Source: an uncultured Candidatus Saccharibacteria bacterium
Lineage (GTDB): Bacteria > Patescibacteriota > Minisyncoccia > Minisyncoccales > Staskawiczbacteraceae
Length of the DNA: 41,795 nucleotides
Assembly (NCBI GenBank): GCA_964362315.1
Contig: CAYIDV010000002.1
Span: 1 to 41,795 of the forward strand
Direction of reading: 5' to 3'
The notes under the pieces were generated by a model. It saw nothing but the letters and a program-made list of their open reading frames with translations, did not search any database and had not been told where the DNA came from. Position numbers and translations under genes: made by a program. Of the stretch, positions 26,932-35,343 are shown piece by piece; position 1 is the stretch's first letter, and each line of letters begins with the position of its first letter.

Positions 26932-27330
26932 TTAGTCCAAAAATTGTTTTAAAAACTTTTTTATAGAAGGATGTTCCAATTTTCTCATTGCTCTAACTTG
27001 GTTTTGACGGATAGTTCCTTTGTGAACTCCGAATATATTACCAATTTCTTCTAATGTATGAGCTTGCCCATCATCTCCTAAACCGTATCGTAATTTAATA
27101 ACTTCTCTTTCTCTGCTGGTAAGTTTTCCTAAAACTAAGTCAATTTGCTCTTTAAGTTTTTGCCTTTGTTCTTCGTTAATAATAGAAATAAGAGGGTCAT
27201 CTTCCTTTTTTCCTAAAATTTCGTTCAATAACTTTTCTTGATTAGTTAATTCCCTTTTCTTTTCTTTTTTAATTTCTACTTTTTCAGATTCATATCCCGG
27301 ATTTGGCTGTAATTCAATATTTTCTGGCAT
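26932..27330 (-). CDS. Stand-alone sigma-70 region 4 (RpoD C-terminus-like) protein
   Basis: 132 aa. LTSREREVIKLRYGLGDDGQAHTLEEIGNIFGVHKGTIRQNQVRAMRKLEHPSIKKFLKQFLD parallels region 4.1/4.2 and the extreme C-terminus of primary sigma factors. Regions 1-3 are absent. Confidence 0.8.
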   Translation of the reverse strand: MPENIELQPNPGYESEKVEIKKEKKRELTNQEKLLNEILGKKEDDPLISIINEEQRQKLKEQIDLVLGKLTSREREVIKLRYGLGDDGQAHTLEEIGNIFGVHKGTIRQNQVRAMRKLEHPSIKKFLKQFLD

Positions 27331-27344
27331 ATTCTAATTTTAAT

Positions 27345-27378
27345 ATTCTAACTTCTAGATACTAAATTCTAGATTCTC
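27345..27378. repeat. Second copy of the 34-nt repeat
   Basis: ATTCTAACTTCTAGATACTAAATTCTAGATTCTC, lying between the nrdA stop and the start of the sigma4 gene. Confidence 0.9.
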
Positions 27379-27379
27379 A

Positions 27380-30091
27380 TCACTGGCATCCGTCACAGAG
27401 GAACTTTTCCTGCGGGTCGGTGGGCATATGGATTTTATAAACTTTCCCGTCAACTATTTTTGTGTGAAAATGTTTCTCTGTCGTATCTGATGGCACTGGT
27501 TTTTCTATTGGCATTTGTGTTTGTACCTTAGAAAAAATTTGTTTTGATGCCTCGTCTACTGGAATATTAAGTGGTTTTTGAACGATAATTTGTTCTTGCG
27601 ACTTTTCTAAAACAACTTTTACAGCATTTGTGTTTTGAGAAATATTAGGAGGTTGAACTGTCATACCACCAGAAATATTAACCATATTTAGGGCCTGCTC
27701 AGTCTTTTCAAATTTGAATACTGAAGCAAATCCGTTTTTTCCAATTTTAGTTGACTTGTTTACCTCAACTGTGCTTTGTTCTGCAGTGTGCCTGGGTTTC
27801 ATGTGTAAATAATAAGTTGATTTCAATCCCTTTCTCCAAGCGGTAAAGTATATATCCATTGTTTTTTCAATGTCGCGGTCTTCCAAATACATATTTCTGG
27901 ACAATGCCTGGTCAACCCATTTTTGGGCTCTGGCTGCCACCTCTATGAAAGCGTAAGGCGAAACTAAAAAAGACGTTTTGTAAACTTCCCTTATGTGCGG
28001 TGGAATTTCTTCTATGGTTGAAATGTCTCCTTGCAGCTCAATAATTTTTTCTTTCACCATATTCCATAAGTTCATATTTTTCAACTCGGTAACTAAATTA
28101 TGGTTTATATCAAGATACTTGCCTGATATTTTGTTTCTTGAAAACACTTGGGCAAATCTTGGGTCAATTCCTGGAGTAGTTCCTGCCACCAAACCAATGT
28201 TGGCATTGGGAGCCACTGCTATTAAAGTAGCGTTCCTTATGCCATTTTTTACTTTAGCTCTAAGGTTGTCCCAATCCAGCCAGTTTTGTTTTGACTTCTT
28301 ATCAATATCAATTGCCATTCCCCTTTCATTTTCCAATTTTTCAATAGTATCAATAGGAACTTTGCCTTTTGACCACTCAGATCCGGCAAAATTCTTATAA
28401 CTGCCGCGCTCTTGCGCCAGATTTGCCGACTCGTCAATAGCCATATAGCTAATGAACTCAAAAATTTTGTCTGCAAAATCATAAGCGTGGGGACTGTCGT
28501 ATGGAATACCCAATTGCTCAATGGCATCAGCAAATCCCATTACCCCCAATCCAATAGCTCTATTTTCTTTATCCGATTTTTCAGCTTCAATAATGGGCAG
28601 TTTATTGATATCAATTAAATTATCCAATTGCCTTACTGACAGCCTGGTTGATTCCTCAAGCTTTTGCCAATCTACTTGCTTCTTTTTTAGATGAGCAGCA
28701 ATGTTGACTGATATTAAATTACAGACGGCAATATGATTTTTATCCTGAGGCAAACAAATCTCAGTGCAAAGATTGGACATATGAATGGTACCTGTATTGT
28801 TGTTTAAAGCTCTTAAGTTAATTGAGTCTTTGAAAGTAAGCCAGGGATGTGAAGTTGTTTGCAGGGCAACCAGAATCTGCCTATATTGCTCTGTGGCAGG
28901 GACTTTTCTAAATACCCGTAGCTTACCCTCTTTTGCTATTTTGATGTACTCGTTATAACGTTTGGAGAATTCTCTGCCGTAAAGGTCATTTAAATCCGGA
29001 GTTTCTTTTGGGTCAAACATATACCAGTCTTCTTTCTGTTCTACCCGTTTCATAAATTCGTCTGAAATAAAAACAGCGGTATTGGCTGTTCTCATCCTCA
29101 AATAATCGTCTCCGGCATTGTGCTTCCACTCAATAAATTCAGAAAAATCCAAATGCCAGTTTTCCATATAGAAACACAAAGCTCCCTTTTTCTTGCCGCC
29201 TCTCTGGACAGCCCTAATTGCTGTATCAATAATTTTGGCAAAAGGAGTAGGCCCTGATGAGGTTGTATTGTTTGATGAAAGAGGAGAGCCAGCGGCTCTT
29301 AATTTTGTTATTGAAGCTCCAATGCCGCCGGAAGCTTTGGAAAGAAGCATCACATCAGCAACTGATTTGGATATGTGCTTTATATCATCATGAATCTCAA
29401 GCAAAAAACAATTTGATAAAGCGGGGTTTGGATTTCCAGAATTAATATTGGTTGAGCCGCCGGCAATGTATTCGTGGCTGGACATTTTTTCATAGAATTT
29501 TATTGCCCACTCGGTAGGATCTTTTTCATTATATGAAAGACCCATGGCAACTCTCATAAAAAAATATTGTGGTGTTTCGGATGGTCTTTGATTTTTATCT
29601 TTTACAGAATAGCGATCTAACAAACTGGAGAGTCCGGCATAAATAAATAATTCGTCTCTTTCAATGTCTAAAGTATTGGCAAGTTTTTGCAGGTCAAAAT
29701 TTTTTTCCATCCGTTCATCTAAAATTTTATTAGCCACTCCTTTCTTTATGTAGTTTGGGAAACTTTCTCTATGCAGAATTTTTAATTTTTCAAAATCGCT
29801 GTCGTACTCGCCTAAAACATGTCTATAAACTGTTTTTAAAAGCAATCTTGTGGCGATTTTGTCATAGTCAGGATCATCTTTTATATTTTGCACAGCCGCA
29901 TTAATAGTTGCCACATCCAATTCTTCAGTGGTAATGCCATCATATAAAATTACTTTGGTATCAGTGGCAACTTGGGTAACCTTAGCTATTGGGTCAAGCA
30001 ATCCCCAACAAGCTCTTTCAATTGAACGGTTGATGCGATCCGCGTTAAACAGTTCTTTTGTGCCGTCTCTCTTCGTTATTGTGAGTTCCAT
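27380..30091 (-). CDS. nrdA: Ribonucleotide reductase large subunit (class I) with an N-terminal ATP-cone
   Basis: 903 aa with an ATP-cone (ITKRDGTKELFNADRI), the catalytic NLCTEI motif, and a C-terminal CDGCQ redox pair after a long low-complexity linker. Confidence 0.95.
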   Translation of the reverse strand: MELTITKRDGTKELFNADRINRSIERACWGLLDPIAKVTQVATDTKVILYDGITTEELDVATINAAVQNIKDDPDYDKIATRLLLKTVYRHVLGEYDSDFEKLKILHRESFPNYIKKGVANKILDERMEKNFDLQKLANTLDIERDELFIYAGLSSLLDRYSVKDKNQRPSETPQYFFMRVAMGLSYNEKDPTEWAIKFYEKMSSHEYIAGGSTNINSGNPNPALSNCFLLEIHDDIKHISKSVADVMLLSKASGGIGASITKLRAAGSPLSSNNTTSSGPTPFAKIIDTAIRAVQRGGKKKGALCFYMENWHLDFSEFIEWKHNAGDDYLRMRTANTAVFISDEFMKRVEQKEDWYMFDPKETPDLNDLYGREFSKRYNEYIKIAKEGKLRVFRKVPATEQYRQILVALQTTSHPWLTFKDSINLRALNNNTGTIHMSNLCTEICLPQDKNHIAVCNLISVNIAAHLKKKQVDWQKLEESTRLSVRQLDNLIDINKLPIIEAEKSDKENRAIGLGVMGFADAIEQLGIPYDSPHAYDFADKIFEFISYMAIDESANLAQERGSYKNFAGSEWSKGKVPIDTIEKLENERGMAIDIDKKSKQNWLDWDNLRAKVKNGIRNATLIAVAPNANIGLVAGTTPGIDPRFAQVFSRNKISGKYLDINHNLVTELKNMNLWNMVKEKIIELQGDISTIEEIPPHIREVYKTSFLVSPYAFIEVAARAQKWVDQALSRNMYLEDRDIEKTMDIYFTAWRKGLKSTYYLHMKPRHTAEQSTVEVNKSTKIGKNGFASVFKFEKTEQALNMVNISGGMTVQPPNISQNTNAVKVVLEKSQEQIIVQKPLNIPVDEASKQIFSKVQTQMPIEKPVPSDTTEKHFHTKIVDGKVYKIHMPTDPQEKFLCDGCQ

Positions 30092-30256
30092 GGATTTATA
30101 TAATTTAGCCGCTCGCTTTTTGGCCAGCGAATCTCGTCTTAAGGGAAGAAAATTCGTAATTTTTTAAAAATTTTTGTAAATTATTACATTTTACAAAAAA
30201 TAAAAGGAAATAACAACTGGGTGTCAATCATTAAAACGGTGGATAACTCAGAAATT

Positions 30257-30288
30257 AAAAAAAATCTTGCATTTTTGCAAGATTTTTT
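30257..30288. terminator. Hairpin terminator between the tRNA cluster and the RNR promoter region
   Basis: AAAAAAA-ATCTTGC-attttt-GCAAGAT-TTTTT. Confidence 0.65.
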
Positions 30289-30306
30289 GTTATTGTGCGC
30301 CCGGCA

Positions 30307-30359
30307 GGACTCGCCACGTGATGAACACATGGCGCCCAGTGTTAATCACTGGGCGAACC
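30307..30359. repeat. 53-nt two-hairpin module, copy R
   Basis: GGACTCG-CCACGTGatgaaCACATGG-CGCCCAGTGttaatCACTGGGCG-AACC. Confidence 0.85.
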
Positions 30360-30390
30360 AACATCGCAAACTCCCCGCCTGCCAAAGATA

Positions 30391-30462
30391 TGCCCTCACG
30401 AGGAATCGAACCTCGATCATGAACTCCGCAAGTTCACATTTTATCCATTAAACTATGAGGGC
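30391..30462 (-). tRNA. tRNA-Arg(GCG)
   Basis: Minus strand GCCCTCA TA GTTT AATGGATA AAAT G TGAAC TTGCGGA GTTCA TGAT CGAGG TTCGATT CCTCG TGAGGGC A. Confidence 0.8.
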
Positions 30463-30509
30463 TCGACGGACAGTCGCAAGCTTGCATTTTATCCATTAAA
30501 CTACGGTGC
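30463..30509 (-). pseudogene. Truncated 5' tRNA-Arg-like fragment abutting tRNA-Arg(GCG)
   Basis: GCACCGTAGTTTAATGGATAAAATGCAAGCTTGCGACTGTCCGTCGA. The D arm is identical to that of the adjacent tRNA, the acceptor is degenerate, the anticodon-loop remnant is TTGCGAC, and there is no T arm. Confidence 0.65.
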
Positions 30510-30551
30510 TTTTTGGTTAGTTATTTTTAAACAGCTCACCATTTAATTAAT

Positions 30552-30728
30552 TTAACAACTACACTGGGTCTCTGATTTTTTACAACCAGAACACTTAACT
30601 ACACAATGTTCTCCGCCACAGGCGTGTTGATCATCGTGTTCTTTTGCTTCATCTCCACAGACATCACACTTATATGCCATCGGTGAATCAGCCTGTATAC
30701 TACATTTTTTGCAACTAATATTTTCCAT
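30552..30728 (-). CDS. 58-aa cysteine-rich small protein; putative metal-binding or zinc-ribbon protein
   Basis: Not in the ORF track because it is under 60 aa. Hand translation gives MENISCKKCSIQADSPMAYKCDVCGDEAKEHDDQHACGGEHCVVKCSGCKKSETQCSC*, with 10 Cys and 3 His, including three CxxC pairs. Confidence 0.55.
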   Translation of the reverse strand: MENISCKKCSIQADSPMAYKCDVCGDEAKEHDDQHACGGEHCVVKCSGCKKSETQCSC

Positions 30729-30790
30729 TTTTAAAAATATATAATTATTATTGTTAATTAAGATTTATTTATCGACCTTTATATAGAAGA

Positions 30791-30970
30791 AAGGTACAGA
30801 ACTCGCCCAGTGATTAACACTGGGCGTCGGGTGTTTATCACCCGACGAACCGTACTTTTCTCAATTTCTTACCAAAGCGGAGGGTACAGGACTCGCCCAG
30901 TGATTAACACTGGGCGTCGGGTGTTTATCACCCGACGAACCGTACTTTTCTCAATTTCTTACCAAAGCGG
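30791..30970. repeat. Two tandem 90-bp units, each holding one two-hairpin module and ending in a copy of the tRNA-Ser 3' end
   Basis: 30801-30880 is identical to 30891-30970 (80 of 80). The 10 nt before each differ at 2 positions. The modules are at 30799-30851 and 30889-30941. Confidence 0.9.
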
Positions 30971-31050
30971 AGGGTACAGGACTCGAACCTGTAAATCCCG
31001 AAGGAAACTGGTTTTCGAAACCAGCGCATTAGCCATTCTGCCAACCCTCC
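30968..31050 (-). tRNA. tRNA-Ser(CGA)
   Basis: Acceptor GGAGGGT/ACCCTCC, anticodon arm CTGGT-TTCGAAA-ACCAG, long variable arm, T arm ACAGG-TTCGAGT-CCTGT, discriminator G. Confidence 0.88.
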
Positions 31051-31119
31051 AATATTTAATTATTAAACTTTTTCTAAAAATGCGGCACTTAGCCGCTTTT
31101 TACACCTTTATTTTTTTTA

Positions 31120-31521
31120 CTAAGCTATTTTTTCTTTTTTTAAATTATAGTTTATAGATATTACTTTATACCAATCATTATAATCATAAATATCCTGAAT
31201 GATTATTCCGCATATAAATCCGGCTAAAAAAGTGGGTACATAGAAAAAATCTATAATCCATACTATAGCTAAAGCAACTAATCCTATAATCCAATGGTGC
31301 AAATGAAACTTCCATTTGCCAAAGTCCACAAAGATGCTATCTATCTTACCATTACTAAGAAATAAATGACAAAATATTTTGCAAACAACATAACCAACTA
31401 CTATCCCAGTGGTAAAAGAAAAGGAGTAATAAAGAGAAGGCAGCAAAACTATTGCCGGCAGCACTAGTATTTTAACTCTTGCCCGTTTATTAGTAGACAC
31501 TGAACTATTACTTTCGGTCAT
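31120..31521 (-). CDS. Hypothetical integral membrane protein
   Basis: 133 aa with 3-4 hydrophobic helices. Confidence 0.6.
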   Translation of the reverse strand: MTESNSSVSTNKRARVKILVLPAIVLLPSLYYSFSFTTGIVVGYVVCKIFCHLFLSNGKIDSIFVDFGKWKFHLHHWIIGLVALAIVWIIDFFYVPTFLAGFICGIIIQDIYDYNDWYKVISINYNLKKEKIA

Positions 31522-31752
31522 TTGTTTATATGTTTTAATTTAAAATATTTTAAATTAACTACACCTAAAATAATGGGGCCAACTTTCCCATAATTCACAT
31601 ATCCTTATTGTAACCTTTTTAAAGACCCTTAGTCAAGGTTTGCCTGAGTCTGGTGAATAATACCCTTTTGCACCTTTCTTTAAAAAGTATTATTCACCAG
31701 ACTCATCTTTTCAAAAAAACAGTGTGACTAAACTAGTTGTTTATCACCAATC

Positions 31753-32862
31753 TTATCCAAAAGTGAAAGTAAATGCTTTAAGACTGGGTTGTTGAATTTT
31801 TAGTTCAAGAATGTGAGTTTCTGTCTGATTACCCTCAATAATTTTATATAGACGGGCTTCTTTTATTTTAACTATGGTTTTTGAGTCAGATGTTTTTACC
31901 ACGTCTGCCCCTATATTTTTGCTAAGAGGTTTTCCATCTACAGTAACCTCAACTATCGTTTGGACATCTGCCTCAGAAACAAAAAATACATCTTTTGCGT
32001 TGTATTTGTAGGCAATGCCGGCATTAATAGAATTATTTTGAGCGAATTCGCTTGCTATATTCCAATTTCCAGAAAGGTAAAGTTTATCAGTTTTGATTTG
32101 AGTCGGAATAGTTAAATTATTTTGCTCTCCTACAGCGCCAGGCGATGCGTTTGCCAATAATTGGTTACGGCTGGCTCCAAAATACGTTTCAGGGCTTATT
32201 TTACCACTCAGAACAGGGGTTTCTTTTGTTAGAGGTTGTTCAATTGTTAAATCCTGACCCAAAACAGCCATTCGTTCTTCCAGCGCCTTTTGGATTTTCT
32301 TTTCGGTTGTTTCATAGCCACCTTCTCCAATATGGTCAAAGACGATATAACCATCAATATCTATAAGATATTTCCTTGGCCAAAAGTGATTCTTGTAGGA
32401 GGTCCAGGTTGAAAAATCATTATCAAGGACTACCGGATATTTTATTCCAAATTTCTCTACCGCCCTTTTTACGTTATTGTAATCTTTTTCAAATTCAAAT
32501 TCGGGCGTATGGATTCCGATAATCACAAGTCCCTTGTCTTTATATTTTTCGTACCAAGAGTTTAGATATGGTATTGTCCGTTGGCAGTTGATGCAACTAT
32601 ACGTCCAAAAATCAATCAAAACCACTTTCTTGCCGATAAATTCAGAAACAGAAATTTTACCAGTATTAATAAATCCGTCTGGAGTTGTAATTTCTTTTGC
32701 CAGCGGATATTTTTTTATTTTTTCTTCTTTTGAAAGGTTGGCAGGGGTAATGTCACCATCGCCCGGCAAGGACTTGGGCAGTTTAATAAATTGAAGATAA
32801 ATAATCAAAGCTGTAATCAGAACCAGAGCCACTAACAAAATAAATGGTTTTATGCTTTTCAT
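31753..32862 (-). CDS. Membrane-anchored thioredoxin-like (TlpA/DipZ-type) thiol-disulfide oxidoreductase with a C-terminal beta-rich domain
   Basis: VLIDFWTYSCINCQRTIPYL (CxxC motif) and IIGIHTPEFEFEKD. Confidence 0.85.
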   Translation of the reverse strand: MKSIKPFILLVALVLITALIIYLQFIKLPKSLPGDGDITPANLSKEEKIKKYPLAKEITTPDGFINTGKISVSEFIGKKVVLIDFWTYSCINCQRTIPYLNSWYEKYKDKGLVIIGIHTPEFEFEKDYNNVKRAVEKFGIKYPVVLDNDFSTWTSYKNHFWPRKYLIDIDGYIVFDHIGEGGYETTEKKIQKALEERMAVLGQDLTIEQPLTKETPVLSGKISPETYFGASRNQLLANASPGAVGEQNNLTIPTQIKTDKLYLSGNWNIASEFAQNNSINAGIAYKYNAKDVFFVSEADVQTIVEVTVDGKPLSKNIGADVVKTSDSKTIVKIKEARLYKIIEGNQTETHILELKIQQPSLKAFTFTFG

Positions 32863-33566
32863 TTAAGAAGTATTTTGTTAATGAAACCCAAATTGGCAAT
32901 AAGATTCAAATTTTGGGTAAAAGCCAGAATGCCAATTCCTATTAAAATAATACCAAAAACAATGTTTACATATTTTAAAATATATGAGTAACGATTAATA
33001 AGTTTAGACGCCTGAGAGGTAAACAAGCCAACTAAAATAAATGGGACGCCCAATCCAAGAGAATAAGAAAATAAAAGTAAAAATGCGGAGCCAGGGGCCG
33101 TGACAGCCAGGCCTAAAATGCCTCCGAGCACCGCTCCCACACAGGGAGTCCAACCAGCCGCAAAAGCGGCTCCAAAAACAAAAGAGGTTAAATGCTTAGA
33201 CTTAAATTTTCTGTTTACTGAAAATTTATATTCTCTTTCTAAAAAGGGCAACTTTAAAAGCCCTGTCAGATAAAGACCGAAAAGAATAATTATACCTCCT
33301 CCGATTCTAGCCAGCCAAGTTTGAATATCGTAAGCTACAGCTTCAAGGATAGTGTTTAACAACACTCCCAGCAAAGAAAAAATTGCAGAAAAACCCAATA
33401 CAAAGAAAAAACTTGCCAGAAATATATCTCTTCTTTTAGTTTGCGAATTGCTAACAGAGGCACCAGCCAGGTAAGAAAGAAATCCTGGAATAATAGGCAA
33501 AACGCAGGGAGACAAAAAAGACACTAAACCCGCTAAAAATGATACTGCAATGGATAACTCGTCCAT
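32859..33566 (-). CDS. ccdA: CcdA/DsbD-family transmembrane thiol-disulfide electron transporter
   Basis: 235 aa, polytopic, with conserved SPCVLPIIPGF and WTPCVG cysteines. It overlaps the downstream gene by 4 nt. Confidence 0.88.
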   Translation of the reverse strand: MDELSIAVSFLAGLVSFLSPCVLPIIPGFLSYLAGASVSNSQTKRRDIFLASFFFVLGFSAIFSLLGVLLNTILEAVAYDIQTWLARIGGGIIILFGLYLTGLLKLPFLEREYKFSVNRKFKSKHLTSFVFGAAFAAGWTPCVGAVLGGILGLAVTAPGSAFLLLFSYSLGLGVPFILVGLFTSQASKLINRYSYILKYVNIVFGIILIGIGILAFTQNLNLIANLGFINKILLK

Positions 33567-33702
33567 ATTTTACCCCGTTAGAAGTCTGGGCAAAAAATAT
33601 TTTACCAATAAAATATTTTTTGCTTGCACTTATTCACATTTATTATTAGATTATTTTGACCACAAAGAAGTTCTTGCTTCCTTATCCAAACTTCTAACGG
33701 GG

Positions 33703-34320
33703 TTACTGACCTACAATTTTATTTATTTCGCTAAAATATCTATCCTTTCCCCAACTCTCAGGAGATTTTAAAACTCTTTTCCCGTTTTTCAAAAAAACTT
33801 TGGTGTGCTGATAGGCAACGCCAAATTCTTTGGCAAGATTCTTTTCTTCGTTATCGGTCTGATTATCATTATAATTTACCCTAAAACCAATTACCTTGTC
33901 AGTGGAAAGTTCGTTAAAAGCTGGATAAAGAGCGTTTGCCACTTCTACTTTGCAAATCGGACACCAGTTGGCGTAAAAATAAAGAACAATAAGCTTATCT
34001 GATTTTAAGGCTTCATCGTAATCGGTTTTATTGAAATCAAGAATCGGAGATGATCTTCCTGCAAGCACTGCCCCTGAATACTTCATCATAGATTCATCTT
34101 TCATCATTGCACCACCTTCTTTTTCCATCGTCTCTTTTTCCATAATTTCACTTTCTTTTTTCATCATTGCATCTTCGCTGGTTGACGGCTGTTGTGTTAA
34201 TACGAAATAAGCTCCGCCGCCGATTAAAACGACCAAAACAATTATTGCAATGACTAATGGCATCGCAAAACCTTTTTCATATTCAATTTGTCGAATGGTT
34301 TGTAAATTTTTGTTTTTCAT
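33703..34320 (-). CDS. Membrane-anchored thioredoxin-fold protein
   Basis: YFYANWCPICKVE (CxxC motif), an N-terminal TM helix, and a Met/Glu/Lys-rich linker. Confidence 0.8.
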   Translation of the reverse strand: MKNKNLQTIRQIEYEKGFAMPLVIAIIVLVVLIGGGAYFVLTQQPSTSEDAMMKKESEIMEKETMEKEGGAMMKDESMMKYSGAVLAGRSSPILDFNKTDYDEALKSDKLIVLYFYANWCPICKVEVANALYPAFNELSTDKVIGFRVNYNDNQTDNEEKNLAKEFGVAYQHTKVFLKNGKRVLKSPESWGKDRYFSEINKIVGQ

Positions 34321-34408
34321 AAATTTTTTTATAAGTCATACATTAGCAGAAAAAGAAAAGTTCTTTTCCTGCTAATGTAATTTCTATCGAAATAACGCCG
34401 CAAAATGG

Positions 34409-35260
34409 TTAAATTTCAGCTGATAAAATGCTGTTTTGAGAATCAAATACATAGCCGGTTTTCTTAACATTCACCACTTCAATCCTAAACGTGCCTTTTG
34501 ATTTTCGTGTGGCAAACTTTGCAATGCCGTTTGCATCAGTCTCATCGGTTACAGAAATCTTTTCTCCGGTTGGAAGCGTCCATTTTGCAGAGACCACGGC
34601 ACCACCTATTCTATTTCCATGCCCATCTTCAATAGTAACTTTTGCAACAATCTGGCTTCTTACCACCTGCAAAGTAATATTAACAGAGCGCAAAACTTCT
34701 TGCGCTGGAGGTTGAGTCGTTGCTTGGAATATCGACATAAATACTACCGTTGTCGGAATAGGATAGGTAACGAGCCATTCCACTTTTATACCAAGGCTTG
34801 AATCTATAACCGACTGCACAACATCTCCGTTGTAAGTAATCGTAGCATTCGAGTAGGCGGCAATGACTGCTTCTGGATTTGAAAGGGCAAGGGAAGTGTT
34901 AATTCCAACGGTTGTTTCCCATCCTTCTAATCCATTCCATTGCATAACAGAAACCACGTCGCTTCCACTTGCAGTGGCAGTGCCTCCGTTAGGGCCCACG
35001 TAACGAACGGAAACTGAATTTTCTCCTTCAAGCTGATACGTACAATACGCAAAATCTCCAGCTGAAATACTCTGGCAGAAGCTTGGTGCTCCGTATGAAC
35101 TCTCAACTGCTGTTCTTGAGTCTCCTATTGCAACGCCAGGGACGCTGACGCCTTCAATCACTAGACCAACTGTCGGTACTGCAGCAAGTGCTGGTACAGC
35201 TAACACTAAAAGTGTAGCTCCCAGAGCAGCAGCTGAAGCTCTGATAATAAATTTTTTCAT
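34409..35260 (-). CDS. Secreted hypothetical protein with a C-terminal carboxypeptidase-regulatory-like/Ig-like domain
   Basis: Signal peptide MKKFIIRASAAALGATLLVLAVPALA. The C-terminus is HGNRIGGAVVSAKWTLPTGEKISVTDETDANGIAKF. GC is visibly above the backbone (45% on line 34801-34860). Confidence 0.6.
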   Translation of the reverse strand: MKKFIIRASAAALGATLLVLAVPALAAVPTVGLVIEGVSVPGVAIGDSRTAVESSYGAPSFCQSISAGDFAYCTYQLEGENSVSVRYVGPNGGTATASGSDVVSVMQWNGLEGWETTVGINTSLALSNPEAVIAAYSNATITYNGDVVQSVIDSSLGIKVEWLVTYPIPTTVVFMSIFQATTQPPAQEVLRSVNITLQVVRSQIVAKVTIEDGHGNRIGGAVVSAKWTLPTGEKISVTDETDANGIAKFATRKSKGTFRIEVVNVKKTGYVFDSQNSILSAEI

Positions 35261-35343
35261 ATTTTTATTTATTATTTAAATTTTAATTTCCGACCTTTCT
35301 TTAATTATAAGAAAGGCCAAACTAATGTCAAGTTAGTTTTACA

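Noticed and set aside
27380-30091. Possible intein or split gene, because NrdA is about 140 aa longer than typical.
   Set aside because: The extra length is a low-complexity linker (about residues 760-880) before the C-terminal CxxC tail. No intein block motifs are visible and catalytic segments such as NLCTEI are uninterrupted.
30307-30359. Possible hammerhead or other small self-cleaving ribozyme in the two-hairpin module.
   Set aside because: GTGATGA in one copy resembles CUGAUGA, but the other copies read GTGATTA/GTGATAA. I could not place a GAAA core or a three-stem junction with the required geometry.
30791-30970. Possible CRISPR array.
   Set aside because: There are only two units, they are directly abutting 90-bp repeats with no unique spacers, and no cas genes are in the window.
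30810-31157. 115-aa plus-strand ORF with the internal repeat MINTGRRVFITRRTVLFSISYQSGGYRTR.
   Set aside because: It is the translation of the 90-bp tandem repeat and of the antisense strand of tRNA-Ser, not a gene.
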